A DNA stretch of 64,000 bases. Source: Rhina ancylostomus (Eukaryota). The stretch lies in contig JARFYF010000046.1 of NCBI GenBank assembly GCA_030265395.1, forward strand, positions 14,092,558 to 14,156,557. Direction: 5' to 3'. Of the stretch, positions 38,227 through 51,105 are shown in pieces. A program made the translations under genes and the position numbers. The notes beneath the pieces were generated by a model that worked only from the letters and a program-made list of their open reading frames with translations, was not told the DNA's origin and made no database searches. Numbering within the stretch: the first letter of the stretch is position 1; each line of letters begins with the position of its first letter.

Positions 38227-38345
38227 AAGCTGCAACACAGACTCCAAATGCCAATGCCACATGATTCACTGACCAGGACATCATCACAGCTGTCAAAGAT
38301 TGGTTACGACATGCTTCAGCAAGGTTAAGCAATAGTCAATACGTA
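38227..38345 (+). pseudogene. Pseudo-exon of a DUF4806-like (EnSpm/CACTA-associated) ORF
   Basis: Acceptor ttgttgcag, then (E)AATQTPNANAT*FTDQDIITAVKDWLRHASAR, matching the recalled TDxEIxxxIKxWLRHAxxR C-terminal motif; one in-frame TGA. Confidence 0.5.
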
Positions 38346-39359
38346 TTCACAATTATTGTAAAATTATGTAGGATATTTTAATGAAAGTATCCTTGTTAAA
38401 TTTTTGTTTCATTTTTTTTCAAGAAAGGCAATTAGATTCAAGTAACCTGCAAGTTAAAGCCGAGAAGATAACAACAGTCGCAATCAGGATAATGTGGTGA
38501 AAATCACTTGTTTTGGTGCAATGGTACAGTCCCTGTGAGAACAGTTATAGAAAATTTAGAGGCACTGGACTAAAAATTCCATCATATGGCACAATTTATT
38601 TACGGATATGATCGCATTTTATCAGAACACATTGCACACTTTATACATATAAAATATGCTTTTGCATATTCAGTCTCAGTTTTCTGTTAGTATTACATGG
38701 ATTTGCATATTAACGTCAATTGGCATGCAAAGCACAATTAATAGCACTATTGTGATTTTGTTTGCACATAAGGGGTTTACACACACTCTCTGTCTTGTAC
38801 ACTGAAGCAGGCCATTACTGGAGGATAAAGGACTGTTTAAACATTACTTAAAGGCTCCATTCTCACTTGGTTTGAAATCCTTGAGTCAGCTGGAGTAGTG
38901 ACACTTTCACACAGTCAGACTTTTCCAAGGTCTCCACCCTGAGTAAGCTACCAGACCACTTCAGTGGGAGGACCCAAAGCCTGTGGTCTTTTTCTTGTGT
39001 GACCATGTCCAATGGCACCAAGGCAACCAGAGATTATGATGACAGGTCCCACGTGCAGCCACTGTCCAATGTTAGAGGGTATTTCCACCATGGCAGAAGA
39101 TCAGCTGGGAAAAATTTGCACATTGCAGGCATCTTTCCTGCTAATGCCTAACCTTATACGCTGGCAGTCATAGAAGTCCCAGGATTTGCAAATCTGCTAC
39201 ATGATAGAATGCCGCTCCACTGCAGCCTCGAACAGAAGTGGCACAAGTCCTTGCATGACACAATATAAATGGACATTTTCACATGCAATGAAATTTCACT
39301 AAAAAGATGCAAATACTGTACTGTATTGATACCAGAACTCTGAGATAAACCCAGCAGTG

Positions 39360-39730
39360 GGGTTCTTTTCTCTAGAAAATAAAAGGCTAAGTGATGTCCA
39401 AACAGAGATTCTTAAAGTAATGAAGGGTATTATTCCAAAGACATTCCTGCAGACCAAACATAGGGGCCATAACGTAGTCACTTTCGAACCCAATAGTTAT
39501 CAGGAGATGCCACTTTATTTATAGAATAGCTGGAATGTTAAATTTATGCTCTCAAAATGTATATTTGGTGAATAACATTCATACATTAAGGAGAATCTGA
39601 ATAAGCACATTAGGGAGAAAGAAGGGAAAAGTTATGTTGATTGTGTGGGGTGAAGAGGGTTGGTAGCAAGCTTATGTGAAGAATAAATGGCAACCTAATC
39701 CATTGGGTGAATGGCCGGCTCCTGTGTTCC
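39360..39730 (+). mobile_element. CR1-clade LINE 3' fragment, old
   Basis: cttttctctagaaaataaaaggctaagtgatgtccaaacagagattcttaaagtaatgaaggg...gaataaatggc...gggtgaatggcc. Confidence 0.6.
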
Positions 39731-41419
39731 CATTGCACAGCAACTGCACCAATAGCCTCATATGCTGGTCAATGTACTGTCCATCACGATTCAACCAGAG
39801 CAGGCATATTACCCACACACGCTAACCTATAAGCATTTATTCCACATGGGTGTAAAGTCATTTGGATGGCTTGGGGTCAAAACAAACACCATATGAATTC
39901 AACCTCTTTCTATTGAAGTCATTGAGACAGAATATTCGGCAAGGAGTATAATAAGTAGTCCATCTTTTAACATCTATTTTTGTGCTCCCAACCCAGATAA
40001 AATTTTATCTCCTACTCTTTCTTGTTAGTCTTTTAACCATCTTAACATTTTATAACCTTGTATTTTTATCAAATTTTTTCATTGCTTTTTCTTTTCTCTC
40101 TGATGCTGTGGCCCAGATTTTGTTGGGTTTTGCCAAAACTGCAGGAGTCTCTTAGTGCAAGTGCTGCCAAGTTTTGAGACTTCCCACGAGAGATGCACGT
40201 CCCAAATTGACTAGCTGAGCTCTGCTGGTGGTTTAGAAGATCTGGTCCATACCTCCCAGTGCAGCAGGACTTTACTGGGCTTCCCAAGCATTTCATTGGA
40301 GATTGTGGGGCTGCAGAGACAAAAGAGAGGAATACAGTGAGCTATGTAATATATATTTTTTATTTACTGTTCTATATTATTGAAAAGTATGCTATGTGTT
40401 TGAATTGAATGTTGTAATAATTTTACTACATATTTAATCATTTTCATTTTAGTTTTTTATAAAGCTTTTAGAAGTTCTGATTGTCAGGACTGAGACATTA
40501 GAAATATTGAAGAACTTTGACAGTGTTGATGGATGGCAAGGCTGCAGGTCAGGCTTTTGCCATGTTTCAGATGGTATGGCAGTTGGGGGTGTGAAGGTTG
40601 TGGACGGGGTTTGTTCTAGATCATCTGCCTGGCTGGAGGCTCTGCTCCCTTCTCAAGGTGCTCATACTGACGGGAATAGGAACAGGGAATTCTTATACAT
40701 TCTGGAGATAATAGCCTCTTCAAGTAATTGCTGAACCAGAAGGATTGAATTTGCTGCATTTCACCTGCTCTAAATCAATGAAAGGCAAATTCATTGAACC
40801 CCTAAGCCTATATTAGGTAAAAGCTCAACCCTGATCTCATTGAAAGGTGCAGCAGATCAAGGGGCTGAATAGCCTTGTCCTGCTTCTATTCTGCTCTTAT
40901 TTCATTTTTATAGCTTTTGAAATTTTTGTTGTAAACAATTTTGCTTCTCACTGTTTCTGATGCAAATTCAATTTCCAAAAACCCTTTGTGTATAAAAATA
41001 TTTTCTTTGTTCTTTTGTTAGTGATCTTAAATTTACTAATGTAATAGCCAATAATACCAGTATTTTCCTANNNNNNNNNNNNNNNNNNNNNNNNNNNNNN
41101 NNNNNNNNNNNNNNNNNNNNNNNNNNNNNNNNNNNNNNNNNNNNNNNNNNNNNNNNNNNNNNNNNNNNNNAAAATATTTTCTGGGTTCTTGTGTTAGTGA
41201 TCTTAAATTGACTAATGTAATAGCCAAGAATACCAGTATTTTCCTATTTTTCCTGCCAGCACCATTGAAATCTTAACCTACCAAAATACTGTTGAAAGTC
41301 TTGAATGCTTCTCACAGATGTTCTCTTTGGCTTCATTCTTCTTGTCATAGGTAGAGTCAATGAGATATACAAAACAGAGACAGGTTCTTCAGCTCACTTG
41401 ACCATCAAGCACCTATCCC

Positions 41420-41815
41420 TGCACTTGGTTACCAGCTGACTATGCTTTGGCATTTCAAGTGTTCATCCAAATACTTCTTAAAGACAGGCCTACCCTCCAC
41501 AACCATCACAGGTAGTGCATTCCAGATTTCAGGCACCTTTTGCATGAAAAATATTCTTCATTGGATCCTATCTAAACCTCCTACTCCTCATCTTAAACCT
41601 ATGTCCTCTGGTCTTAGATGCCTCTGCCATAAGGAAAAGTTTTTTTTATTATCTACCCTATCTACATCTCTCATAATTTTGCATACGTCTGTCATGTCCA
41701 CCCCTCAGCCTCCTCTGCTCTAAGGAAAGCATACCAGTCTAGTCCCTGCTCATAGCTCAAATGTTTCTTCCCAGGCAACATCCTGGTGACTCTCCTCTAT
41801 ACCTGTCTCTTCTGC
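41420..41815 (-). mobile_element. CR1-clade LINE 3' fragment
   Basis: ccaaatacttctta...cacaggtagtgcattccagat...cctcagcctcctctgctctaagg...cccaggcaacatcctggtg. Confidence 0.75.
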
Positions 41816-41889
41816 AGTTTTGTCCTTCGTGACAAGAGCATTAGTGTTGCTCATTCTGTTCCAGATGTGTTTCAGGGGTTTAATTGCCT

Positions 41890-42226
41890 CTGAGCATTGG
41901 AGAGAGCGCCGCTAAGCAGGCGTTGTTGTTGCGCAGTGAATTTGCGCAGTGAATCCGCACCGGAGAGCAGGCACTGTGTCACCGCACACTGCAGCTCACA
42001 CCCAGGATGGAGCTGGTCCCCAGACTGTGGTCTGAGGGCTTCCTTCGCTGCTTCCGACCTCCCTACCCCCAAACCAAGGCAAGCGGGGCTTTGCTGCAGC
42101 CTCGTCCACACGTTGCGCTAAATGTCTGTGCTTGAAGCGGGGTGGAGCCAGGAGCAGCCGTCTGGAGGGACGGAGGGAGGGAGGAGAGCATACTTGGAGG
42201 GAGTTCATAGATTGGCAAATGTAAGG
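41890..42226 (+). promoter_or_regulatory. CpG-rich candidate promoter / non-coding first exon
   Basis: About 17 CpGs (hand count) in ~270 bp against a CpG-depleted background; tandem ttgcgcagtgaat x2, GC/GA-box-like runs, donor-like AT|GTAAGG at 42221, followed by a (TG)n tract. Confidence 0.5.
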
Positions 42227-42230
42227 ACAC

Positions 42231-42287
42231 TGTGTGTGTCTGTGTGTGCGTGTGCATGTGTGTGTGTGCATCTCCGTATGTCTGTGT
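42231..42287 (+). repeat. Imperfect (TG)n microsatellite
   Basis: Directly visible; runs into a gap. Confidence 0.9.
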
Positions 42288-45200
42288 NNNNNNNNNNNNN
42301 NNNNNNNNNNNNNNNNNNNNNNNNNNNNNNNNNNNNNNNNNNNNNNNNNNNNNNNNNNNNNNNNNNNNNNNNNNNNNNNNNNNNNNNTGCTTGCATGAGA
42401 GTTGCTCAAAAGAAGTTGTGCATCACATGCTAGTGTTCCATACATGCATAAACATTTAAGTAAATTGCTGAATTATATGTCAGCTCTGTACCCCTTTAAA
42501 TAATAATGTTTTTTTACTGCAATTCTATATATTAAACATACATATTAATACTACATTATCATATAAATGTTTATGAAATTGCTTAATGTTCTTAGAAAGT
42601 TTTACCAGTTGCATGAGAATTCTGGATGCATAAATGCCAGATAAATGAGTTTACTGGATTACTGTTTCCTGACAAATATGTTTTATTGAGATTTGCATTG
42701 CCTTTACTTTAACCCTCTGGTTATAAACGCCAGGACCTCACACTCTTTGAAGACAATTAATGCAGCTAATAGTTTTGTAAAATAAAATTTTACTCTATCC
42801 TTCTCAAAATGTTAAAATGTGTTAGTTTTTCTGCTTCTCCCCTGACCCCTCCACATTCCCCCCCCCCACACACACCATATTTTAACGTATTAAGTGTGTA
42901 CAATATTAATTCCCATACTTGCTCTTAGTCACAGTAGAATTAGAGTCTGTCTTGCCATAATTTGACTTCTGGTTATTGCTGTGATTTAGAGATGTGCAAC
43001 ATGAGCTAAATATTTCACTTCACAAAAAAAGTTGAAATGGTTAATTTATTTCCTGTTTACAATATCTTAAACTGGATCAGCAATAAAAGTTATAAAACTA
43101 TCTTAAAAGATCATTTTACCCTTTCAAGTTATTAAATGTTTACCTTTTTTAATTTGAACGGTACAATATGTGTGCATCTGTGTTCATCACATTTATAATA
43201 CAGGAGAAAAAGGAGAGGGACATTTCCCTGGAACATAAAACCCTTTGGAAGAAAAAATGTGAAAAATTTTGTTACACTGTACAGGGAAATGTTTCCCCAG
43301 CATAATTCACAGCTTGTGAATCATTTGAATAAAATATCATTATTAAGCTTACAATACCAATAATTGTTTTTTAAAAATATGAATAATTTAGTTTAGTAAA
43401 ATGAATAATATCTTGGAATGAGAACTTAAAACCAGAATATAAATGCTAATTATTTACTTTAGATGTAACCAAGTTCAGAGAATTTAAAGACTGTTTAAAG
43501 GTTACACATGTCAAACAGATTAATATCACATTTATATGACTTTTTCTATTTTATTTCCTTTTAAGGTTTCCCTGAAGCTCTTTTCAGCTTCTTATTTCAA
43601 ATGCAAATGCCACTCTTGTCTATGTTAAATTGTGACTGCAAACATAGATGACAAAGGAAAGGGTAATGTAAAATGCATTTCCTATTTCACATTAAAATAG
43701 TTCTCAAAAGGTTTCTGATCTTCAGTATTGTTTTCCTGTGGATTACTTTTAACATTGTTTTTAAATCAGGTTTTGGAACTCAGTGGAGGCACTTTTTTTC
43801 AGCAAACTCAACCTTCTCAAATCAACCTGTTAAAGCAAGAATGAGATCACATTCTGCTAAGATTCACCCACGTACTCCATAAAGACACACAGAGCAGTTT
43901 GTCTAACTGTAATTCTTTTGTGTACAGGTTCCGTGCAATGAGACATTAGTGTTAAAAGAACTGCCAGAATTGCCAAAATGTAAACATAAAATGCTCTGTA
44001 TTGTTGACAATTTATGAATTTAAATTCAGTTAATCCATCACATTCTAATGCCTAAGTGAAAGACATTTGCTGTGGGCTGCTCATGGAACTTGCCAGTGTT
44101 AAGAATATGCTAAATTTAGCAAAATGAATTGGGAGACATAATCTAAACGTAAAAAAATGGAATCAATTTTTCTAATAGTTATTCACCCACTATTTCCCCA
44201 GCTGGATTAGTGAGTTGATATTAGCTACACATTTTTATTTAAAGCTGAAGTCACCTCACATCTAAAATTGGCTGTGTATTTTAGTCACATTCTTCCCTCA
44301 CACTGAAACAAACAAGAGTTATTCTTGGACTGAGGTCCATAGTAGAACTCGGTCCCAGAGTACTGTGGTCTCTGATATGTTTTGATGAATCAGTGTCACT
44401 GATCCAAAAAGGTCAGAGAGAGCACCCAAAAGGATTGCACCTTCACTGGCTTTGCAGTACAACTAGACTGCACTAAATTTATGGTGATAGTATATGTTTG
44501 AGGCCAGTGTGTTTTGTGTGGCATCATACATCTAGCATTGCAAGTACCTCTGAGTGAAGGACAACCCTAAGATGAATTCATTATCTGAACGAGATAACCC
44601 CCAAACAATCTGCCTAAATGTTAGTAAACTAAAGGATAAATTGATCAGTCTTTTTAAGACCTTATTAATGTATTTCCTACCATTCTGATAAGCAGTTTCT
44701 TTAAGGACTTATAAAGCTATCTCCAAATTTTTGCTATGTTCCTTTTTCTTCCAAAAATATGCAAACCACAAACAAGATGACTCCCTATTTGATTTAGGTC
44801 TGACTAAATAACATACATTGTGAATATTTAATCCTGGTTGTTCCATGAGTATTGTTGTATTCATTGTCCCTTGTGTATTCCGATAGACATTGATGGGAAA
44901 AAGTAGACGGGCTTGTTGATGGGGTAAAAACCTCCTGACATATCTACTCCAACATCTCACGTCCTTAAGTTTCTTCTGGATCTGGTTTACAGATTAGCTT
45001 CCAGTTCTGTTCTGTGCATTTCCACAATAATGAGTCCCAAAATGAACATCTGACTCTCCAAGGAGGAAATCTATTCTTTAGAGCAGTTTCCTGGTATTAT
45101 ACCTCTCTAGGGTGAGTTCTTGATTTAGGTGTTGCTGTCTCTAAAAATACAGCTGCCTCTTTGGCAAGACCTTTATTGTCTCCCTCATTTGTGAAGAGTT

Positions 45201-46249
45201 TCTTTTTAAAGGTCAGGTTGGTGCCACTCACTGTTGTTTAAATTAGATACAAAGGCTATATTGGGTTTTGGCACCTTGCCTTAGCCTTTCACTGCTTGGA
45301 GAAAAAAGCAAGTCTTAGATGTCTTGGGTGAGAAACAGGTATTGTTTTCTTTTGTCTGCAGCTAAAGACTAAATCAGCAAGGCTGTAATAACACTATATC
45401 CTTCCTATAATTATACTGTCAGTGAATTATTTCTTTCATAATCTTTTGATATTTGTGCTCACACGAATAATCCGTGAGCTAAAGTTTCCTCCCACCTTAT
45501 TGCCAAATCTGATGCTGTAAAGCTCCACTTGCTTTTTTTCCAAAGGTTTAAAAATGATTACATACATTCTCCTTCTTAAATGTATTAGCTTGCATCTTTT
45601 CAGATCAAGATTGGCAGAGATTTAGCTGGTTAGGTAGCTGGAGAAGGGTGCTTTACCCTTAAATGTACTTCATCATCAGAAAATGTTTGACTGTAAAGAC
45701 TTTATTGTAACACTCTAAAGTATAATATTGCTTTAAGTCACAATGGTAGTGCTTAATTTGGAAGACACAACTGTAAATCAAATCACCAATAATGCTAATT
45801 GTATCTCTTAAATACCTTCAGAAGGCACTGATGGGAATTAAAGTCAATGTTGATTTTAGAGATATTATCTTTGTTTCATTATGTTACATAGTCAATAGTT
45901 AGTTGCTTAGCTTTATTTTCTTTATGATGCTAAATTATTATGTTAATTGTGGCAATTAAAGGTTTATGGAATTAACACTGGGGTTAATGGGACAATTTTA
46001 ATATTCAGTTTTGAAATGTATACAGGGAATGTTTGGCATATATCTTAATGCTTGCTATTGCAAAGCAGCAAAATAATTTAATTTTTCATTCTAATAATGC
46101 TTTTGTTATCACTGTCAGGGTGCACAGATAAATATTGTATATTTGTTGTATTTTAGTATTAGGTATTTCTAGTGTGTGACTGAATACATCAGGCATGAAG
46201 CAAATGTTTTATGAATGAGATATTTTTATATTTGGCTTTTTGTCTTCAG

Positions 46250-46446
46250 ACAGCCTTTGCTGAATACTGTGCTTTGTATTGCAAGTTTTGACTTTCAGCA
46301 AAGCAGGTCAAGGGGTGCAGAGACATCATCAACTGTCCCTGGTTGAGGGCTATGGGCGAATGTGATGTGAACAGGGTGTCTGATCTAATCCAGCTCCTCA
46401 GCAGACAGCTAGGAGCCAGAGCCCATTTCACAAGGAGCATTGAAGA
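46250..46446 (+). other. Candidate exon with strong-context ATG (46352)
   Basis: Acceptor ctttttgtcttcag, donor GA|GTAAGA, GC-richer than its AT-rich flanks; gctATGg opens MGECDVNRVSDLIQLLSRQLGARAHFTRSIE up to the donor; no homolog recognised. Confidence 0.3.
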
Positions 46447-46614
46447 GTAAGACAGCAGAAAGAAACAAAAAAATCAGTCTCTGAGGGTTTTATAGATTTT
46501 TGAAGTATTAGTCTTGTGCTACCAATATTATTCTGTAATTGTATTCTGTGATAACAAAGAATATGTTTTCTTCTGTTAGTCCAGAGGAAAGTATCAGTCT
46601 CTTTTCACAGAAAA

Positions 46615-46695
46615 TAAATAGTAGTAAATTTTAGTATAGTAGTAGTAAATTTATAATAGTAGTAAATTTAATAAATAGTAGTAAAATAGTAGTGG
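46615..46695 (+). repeat. Degenerate AT-rich tandem repeat (tagtagtaaattt units)
   Basis: Directly visible. Confidence 0.8.
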
Positions 46696-48929
46696 TGGTT
46701 CCTACTCACCACTTAATGCCCCAAAGCATGGACATTTTACCCCACAGAAGTGTATTGTTGAAAACAAAACGATCATGAAATCAGCGTGCAAAGCAGAGGA
46801 AACTTACTAGAAAATATATTAAAAGGAGCATTGACTTTGTGATAAAACTGTTTTTTAATTTGTTTACAAACACATATAATTGATTTGAAAGGTCTTATTA
46901 CAACATTTGCATGTGACGTATCCTTTAATGAAAATTATTCAGAATCACCTCATCTTTCTTTCTCTGTACATACTTTGTTGGAGGGATTATGCATTTTCAT
47001 AAGAATGGGCACCTTTAATTTGCCTCTAACATGGAAGCATCTTTTCAAGATGATCTCAGAACCATCTCTGACTCTGTTATCTTCTTCCATTGTCAAGGCA
47101 TTATCTGGCCAGTGACAATGATTATAAAAATAAATATGTACATATATATCTGACGGAGTCTGAAGACAGTCAAAGACAGCTTGAACTTTGACTTTCTAAG
47201 TGTGATGTGTAACTTAAATGTGATACTTCTCCTTTTCTCTCTCTTTTATTTTAGTGTAGAAAAGGCACCTACAACATATGAAAAATGAGATGTGATATAC
47301 ACATGGAAGTCTAGAGACAAAGAATACATTGATTCACAAGAAACACCAAAGGCTTTAACACAATTTTCTTGTCATTCTCCATGGCAAGCTTTATTTAGAT
47401 TTTTTCTTCCTCCTGTAAAGTGATATGGCAGATTATTAATACATTAGAGAGGAGACAGGTTCCTATAGGTGTAGAATAAGTATCATGAGGGCTAAAGTTG
47501 ATATTTTCCCAAAAGTGGGTAGAAGGATCATAAGACACAACTGGCTTGTGCTTGTCCGTCATAATAGGGACAAAGTGCCAACTTGTGTTGCCTGTGCATT
47601 GGAATATTACCGTGACCAGGCAGGGCTAAACAGCTGATGGCTTGATGCTTGAGGACGGTACTAATGTCATGTGGCTGGCACAACTTAAAGCTGGCTTCTA
47701 ACTCATTAAGAGAAAGTGAAATGTTCTAGAGCAGATGTTGTTGTTCTGCAACTGAAGCCAGTCTGGAAAAAGGTGAAGAGGGGTGCAATAGGGGAAAATA
47801 TGGCTCGTGGAGGAGATGGGGAGGAGGGCAGACAGGAGTTATTCTGTATTAGCAGTGAGCCTGGCCGCAGTGCCAGAGATGGTGGGAGCNNNNNNNNNNN
47901 NNNNNNNNNNNNNNNNNNNNNNNNNNNNNNNNNNNNNNNNNNNNNNNNNNNNNNNNNNNNNNNNNNNNNNNNNNNNNNNNNNNNNNNNNNNNNNNNNNNN
48001 NNNNNNNNNNNNNNNNNNNNNNNNNNNNNNNNNNNNNNNNNNNNNNNNNNNNNNNNNNNNNNNNNNNNNNNNNNNNNNNNNNNNNNNNNNNNNNNNNNNN
48101 NNNNNNNNNNNNNNNNNNNNNNNNNNNNNNNNNNNNNNNNNNNNNNNNNNNNNNNNNNNNNNNNNNNNNNNNNNNNNNNNNNNNNNNNNNNNNNNNNNNN
48201 NNNNNNNNNNNNNNNNNNNNNNNNNNNNNNNNNNNNNNNNNNNNNNNNNNNNNNNNNNNNNNNNNNNNNNNNNNNNNNNNNNNNNNNNNNNNNNNNNNNN
48301 NNNNNNNNNNNNNNNNNNNNNNNNNNNNNNNNNNNNNNNNNNNNNNNNNNNNNNNNNNNNNNNNNNNNNNNNNNNNNNNNNNNNNNNNNNNNNNNNNNNN
48401 NNNNNNNNNNNNNNNTACCTTGCTGTAGGGTAGCCAGCAGCAAGCTGTAACTTTGATGTTGACATAATCAGCATACTTAGTTGCTCTTTTCACATCACAC
48501 CTTCCCCATAGTGCCTTCTAATTTCCAAGCTGTGCAAGCAAGACGTCTTATTTTTCTCAAGCACAACCTTAAATCGTGCCCGTCTCATTTTATATTGAAA
48601 GGAGTTTGCTTTGACCAGCACATGCAGGAAGAACAGTGATGTTCAAATATGATGTCATCTAACTGGACATTCTTGGCCATGGGCTCAGACACTGCCGCTG
48701 TTGGTCATGTCGAAAATAACAGCTTGCTGCCTGGTGAGATGATGCACAGTACTCCTGCAGAGGACTCAGGTGATGATTTTGCACAGTTAAGCCTACCAGA
48801 AGTACTGTGTTCAGCGTCACCTTGCAGAGCCTGCAACCCATTCTTTCCAGCAAGGAAGTGAGTGGCCATCCTTGGATTTGGATGGTGCAGCCTCTCCTGT
48901 TCAATGTAATAACCTGTCTGCTGCCATTG

Positions 48930-49340
48930 GTATCTGTACCCCATTACAGGGCAGTGATGCAGCATACAGCCGTCTGCTTTACAGTTGCAGGGCCCTGGCA
49001 GAGAAGTTTGGGCAGCAGAGGCATTAGGAGTCCAGAGGTCTGCTTCTTTGTATTTCCTGCCATTGCAAGGTTTCCCATGAGGTCTTCTACCCATGTGCAC
49101 CAGAGCCAGACACCACGGCATTAGCACAATGCAGCTGTTGTGCTGTGATTACCTTCACTTTGCAGTTGTGTCTCAGATACAACTGGCACCATGACTGAAG
49201 GCATCAGTACTTCCAGAGTGATATTGGGTGTCATCCTGCCTGATTTGTTGTTTACACTCATATACTGGCCAAATATTGATGGGATACAATCTCTTTTGCT
49301 TCCAGTGTAGGAGAATATTGACACGTGACACCCACCACAT
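48930..49340 (-). mobile_element. Possible Academ-like DNA transposon remnant (XPG-like plus Cys-rich C-terminus)
   Basis: Ordered minus-strand fragments FSYTG..DCIPSIFG, HSTTAALC*CRGVW and LWTPNASA..PCNCKADGCMLHHCP. Confidence 0.3.
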
Positions 49341-50496
49341 AGGCACCTTGAATGCCTTTTTGCCCTGTAAAGGTCCCCTTCATGCTTAGAAACAAGTGCT
49401 ATCTCAACCAATTTACTTACTTTACATTTTAAAATAAAATACTGTGGGCTTAAGTGAAATGCTGCTTTTTCCACATGTTGTGAATCTTCTCTTTTACACA
49501 GAAGGCATTTTCACTGAATGCTCATTGATCCTTCTGTTCATGCAGCCAGTGGAATCAAAGTGCACTCATTCGTTTGATCTGCAGATGCAAAGCTCAGCGA
49601 AGCACTTGTTCAGGTTAACTGGCTACCAAAGAGGCCTTTAACAATGATTCCCAGATACTGTCTAACAAAAAGCATTCAGCTATTGATGAGAGACACCAGT
49701 GTTTTAAAGTCTGAACAGTGTCCTCTGCCTTTTTGTCTCCCAGCTTTGTCCCCTCAGATAAGCCAGTTTGTGATTAAGTCCCTCACCGCGCCCAACTATC
49801 AGAATGTCTCAAAGTATTGCTTTCCTTATCAACACTTGCACATTGATTGGATAATTAAGGGAATATAGTACCATAATTTCGTCATTACAGATACCAGTAG
49901 ATGATGAAAGGCATTGATCACCCTGCTAGATGTCTGCAGCAAGTGATGCTATCTGGATGTCTTATCTCCTCACATTCCCAGTACAACCTTTTAATGGCCT
50001 ATCTAGGCACTCTTGTTGTTTCTGTGGCGGGTGGGCACAATCTGCTTGCCTCTGCTTTATTATTGCCTAAATTATATTCATTTATGGGGCACTAAACCTT
50101 ATTTCCTCCCTTACACTTTTTCCCCTTTCTTTGGTCATTGCTTTCTTTTACCTGGTTCTGTTCCAGTGAGAAAGAGAAACGTGAGACAATTGTTGAACAA
50201 TCATCCAATCAAATGGTGCACCAAATCTTTAAAGAAGTATAGCAGGTTAGCAGAAGCTGCCAACATTAATCCTGAATTATATGTGGGCATGAAATATTTA
50301 GAATATAGCTGAATAGAAACATGATGAATTTGGCTCATTTTGGACTATTATATAGTAAACCTTGCTATTGCACTCATGAATGCCATCTTGTCTTCTGGGT
50401 CACTTCCTTTGCCACCATTGCAGCCGATGGTAATAACATGGAGGATTTTGAAGACTGGCAGATACACTTGTCTTTTCCTTTGTTCATCGAGGTTTG

Positions 50497-50645
50497 TTGG
50501 TGTGTGCATGTTGTGTTTGTGTCAAATGTGTGTGTGTTGTGTGTATTTGTGTGTGTTATTTGTGCATGTGCGTGTATGTATTGTTTGTGCATATCTACGT
50601 ATGAGTGTATTATTTGTGCATGTGTTGTGTGTACATGTGTGGGTG
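50497..50645 (+). repeat. Degenerate (TG)-rich microsatellite
   Basis: Directly visible; explains the Cys/Val-rich spurious ORFs here. Confidence 0.85.
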
Positions 50646-50869
50646 TCGGGAGAGTGGGAATAATCTCTAGTGCCTTTATTACAGCTCATGCAACATTTGA
50701 AGTCAAAATTCTGAATATGTAGTTCAATAATTTGGCCCTTTTACATCAAAATTTGAAAATTCTCATAAAGTTCATCTCTATCGTTAAGGTAATGAATTTT
50801 GTTCTAAAGGTATGAGCACTGCAGAATGCAAAATAAACCTTGAACGTGGCTCTCATAGCCAAGCAGGCA

Positions 50870-51105
50870 AATAGATTGCCTGAGCACTGCGGACCAGGAT
50901 GGTTTATTTTCTGGTGCATGTGAAGCGGGCTGATTTCTGCTTTGATTGCAGTTGTCTCAGTGCGTCATTGCCAGTGACCTCTGCTGAAAAATGCACGTGT
51001 GAATATTTGATTGGGACAGGGCCTACGTAGTCAGATAGCTTGCCAGTGTGCAGTCTAGACCCCGCAAATGAAGAATATTGACTTGATTATGGAGGTAAGT
51101 GCAGC
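50870..51105 (+). mobile_element. Ancient SINE (AmnSINE2-like by recall) central/3' fragment
   Basis: ccagtgacctctgctgaaaaatgcacgtgtg...gggacagg...atagcttgccagt...gtctag...atgaagaat follows the recalled consensus order. Confidence 0.5.

Noticed and set aside
40995-41250. ~76-bp direct repeat on both sides of a 100-N gap
   Set aside because: The differences are G-to-T changes in the copy at the contig end; this is most likely an unmerged contig overlap with read errors, not a biological repeat or CRISPR-like array.
41890-41910. REST/RE1-like motif ctgagcattggagagagcgcc (also ~50880)
   Set aside because: Too many mismatches at core positions; the second lies inside a SINE.
50321-50722. Cys/Val-rich, membrane-like ORFs
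   Set aside because: Translation of a degenerate TG microsatellite.
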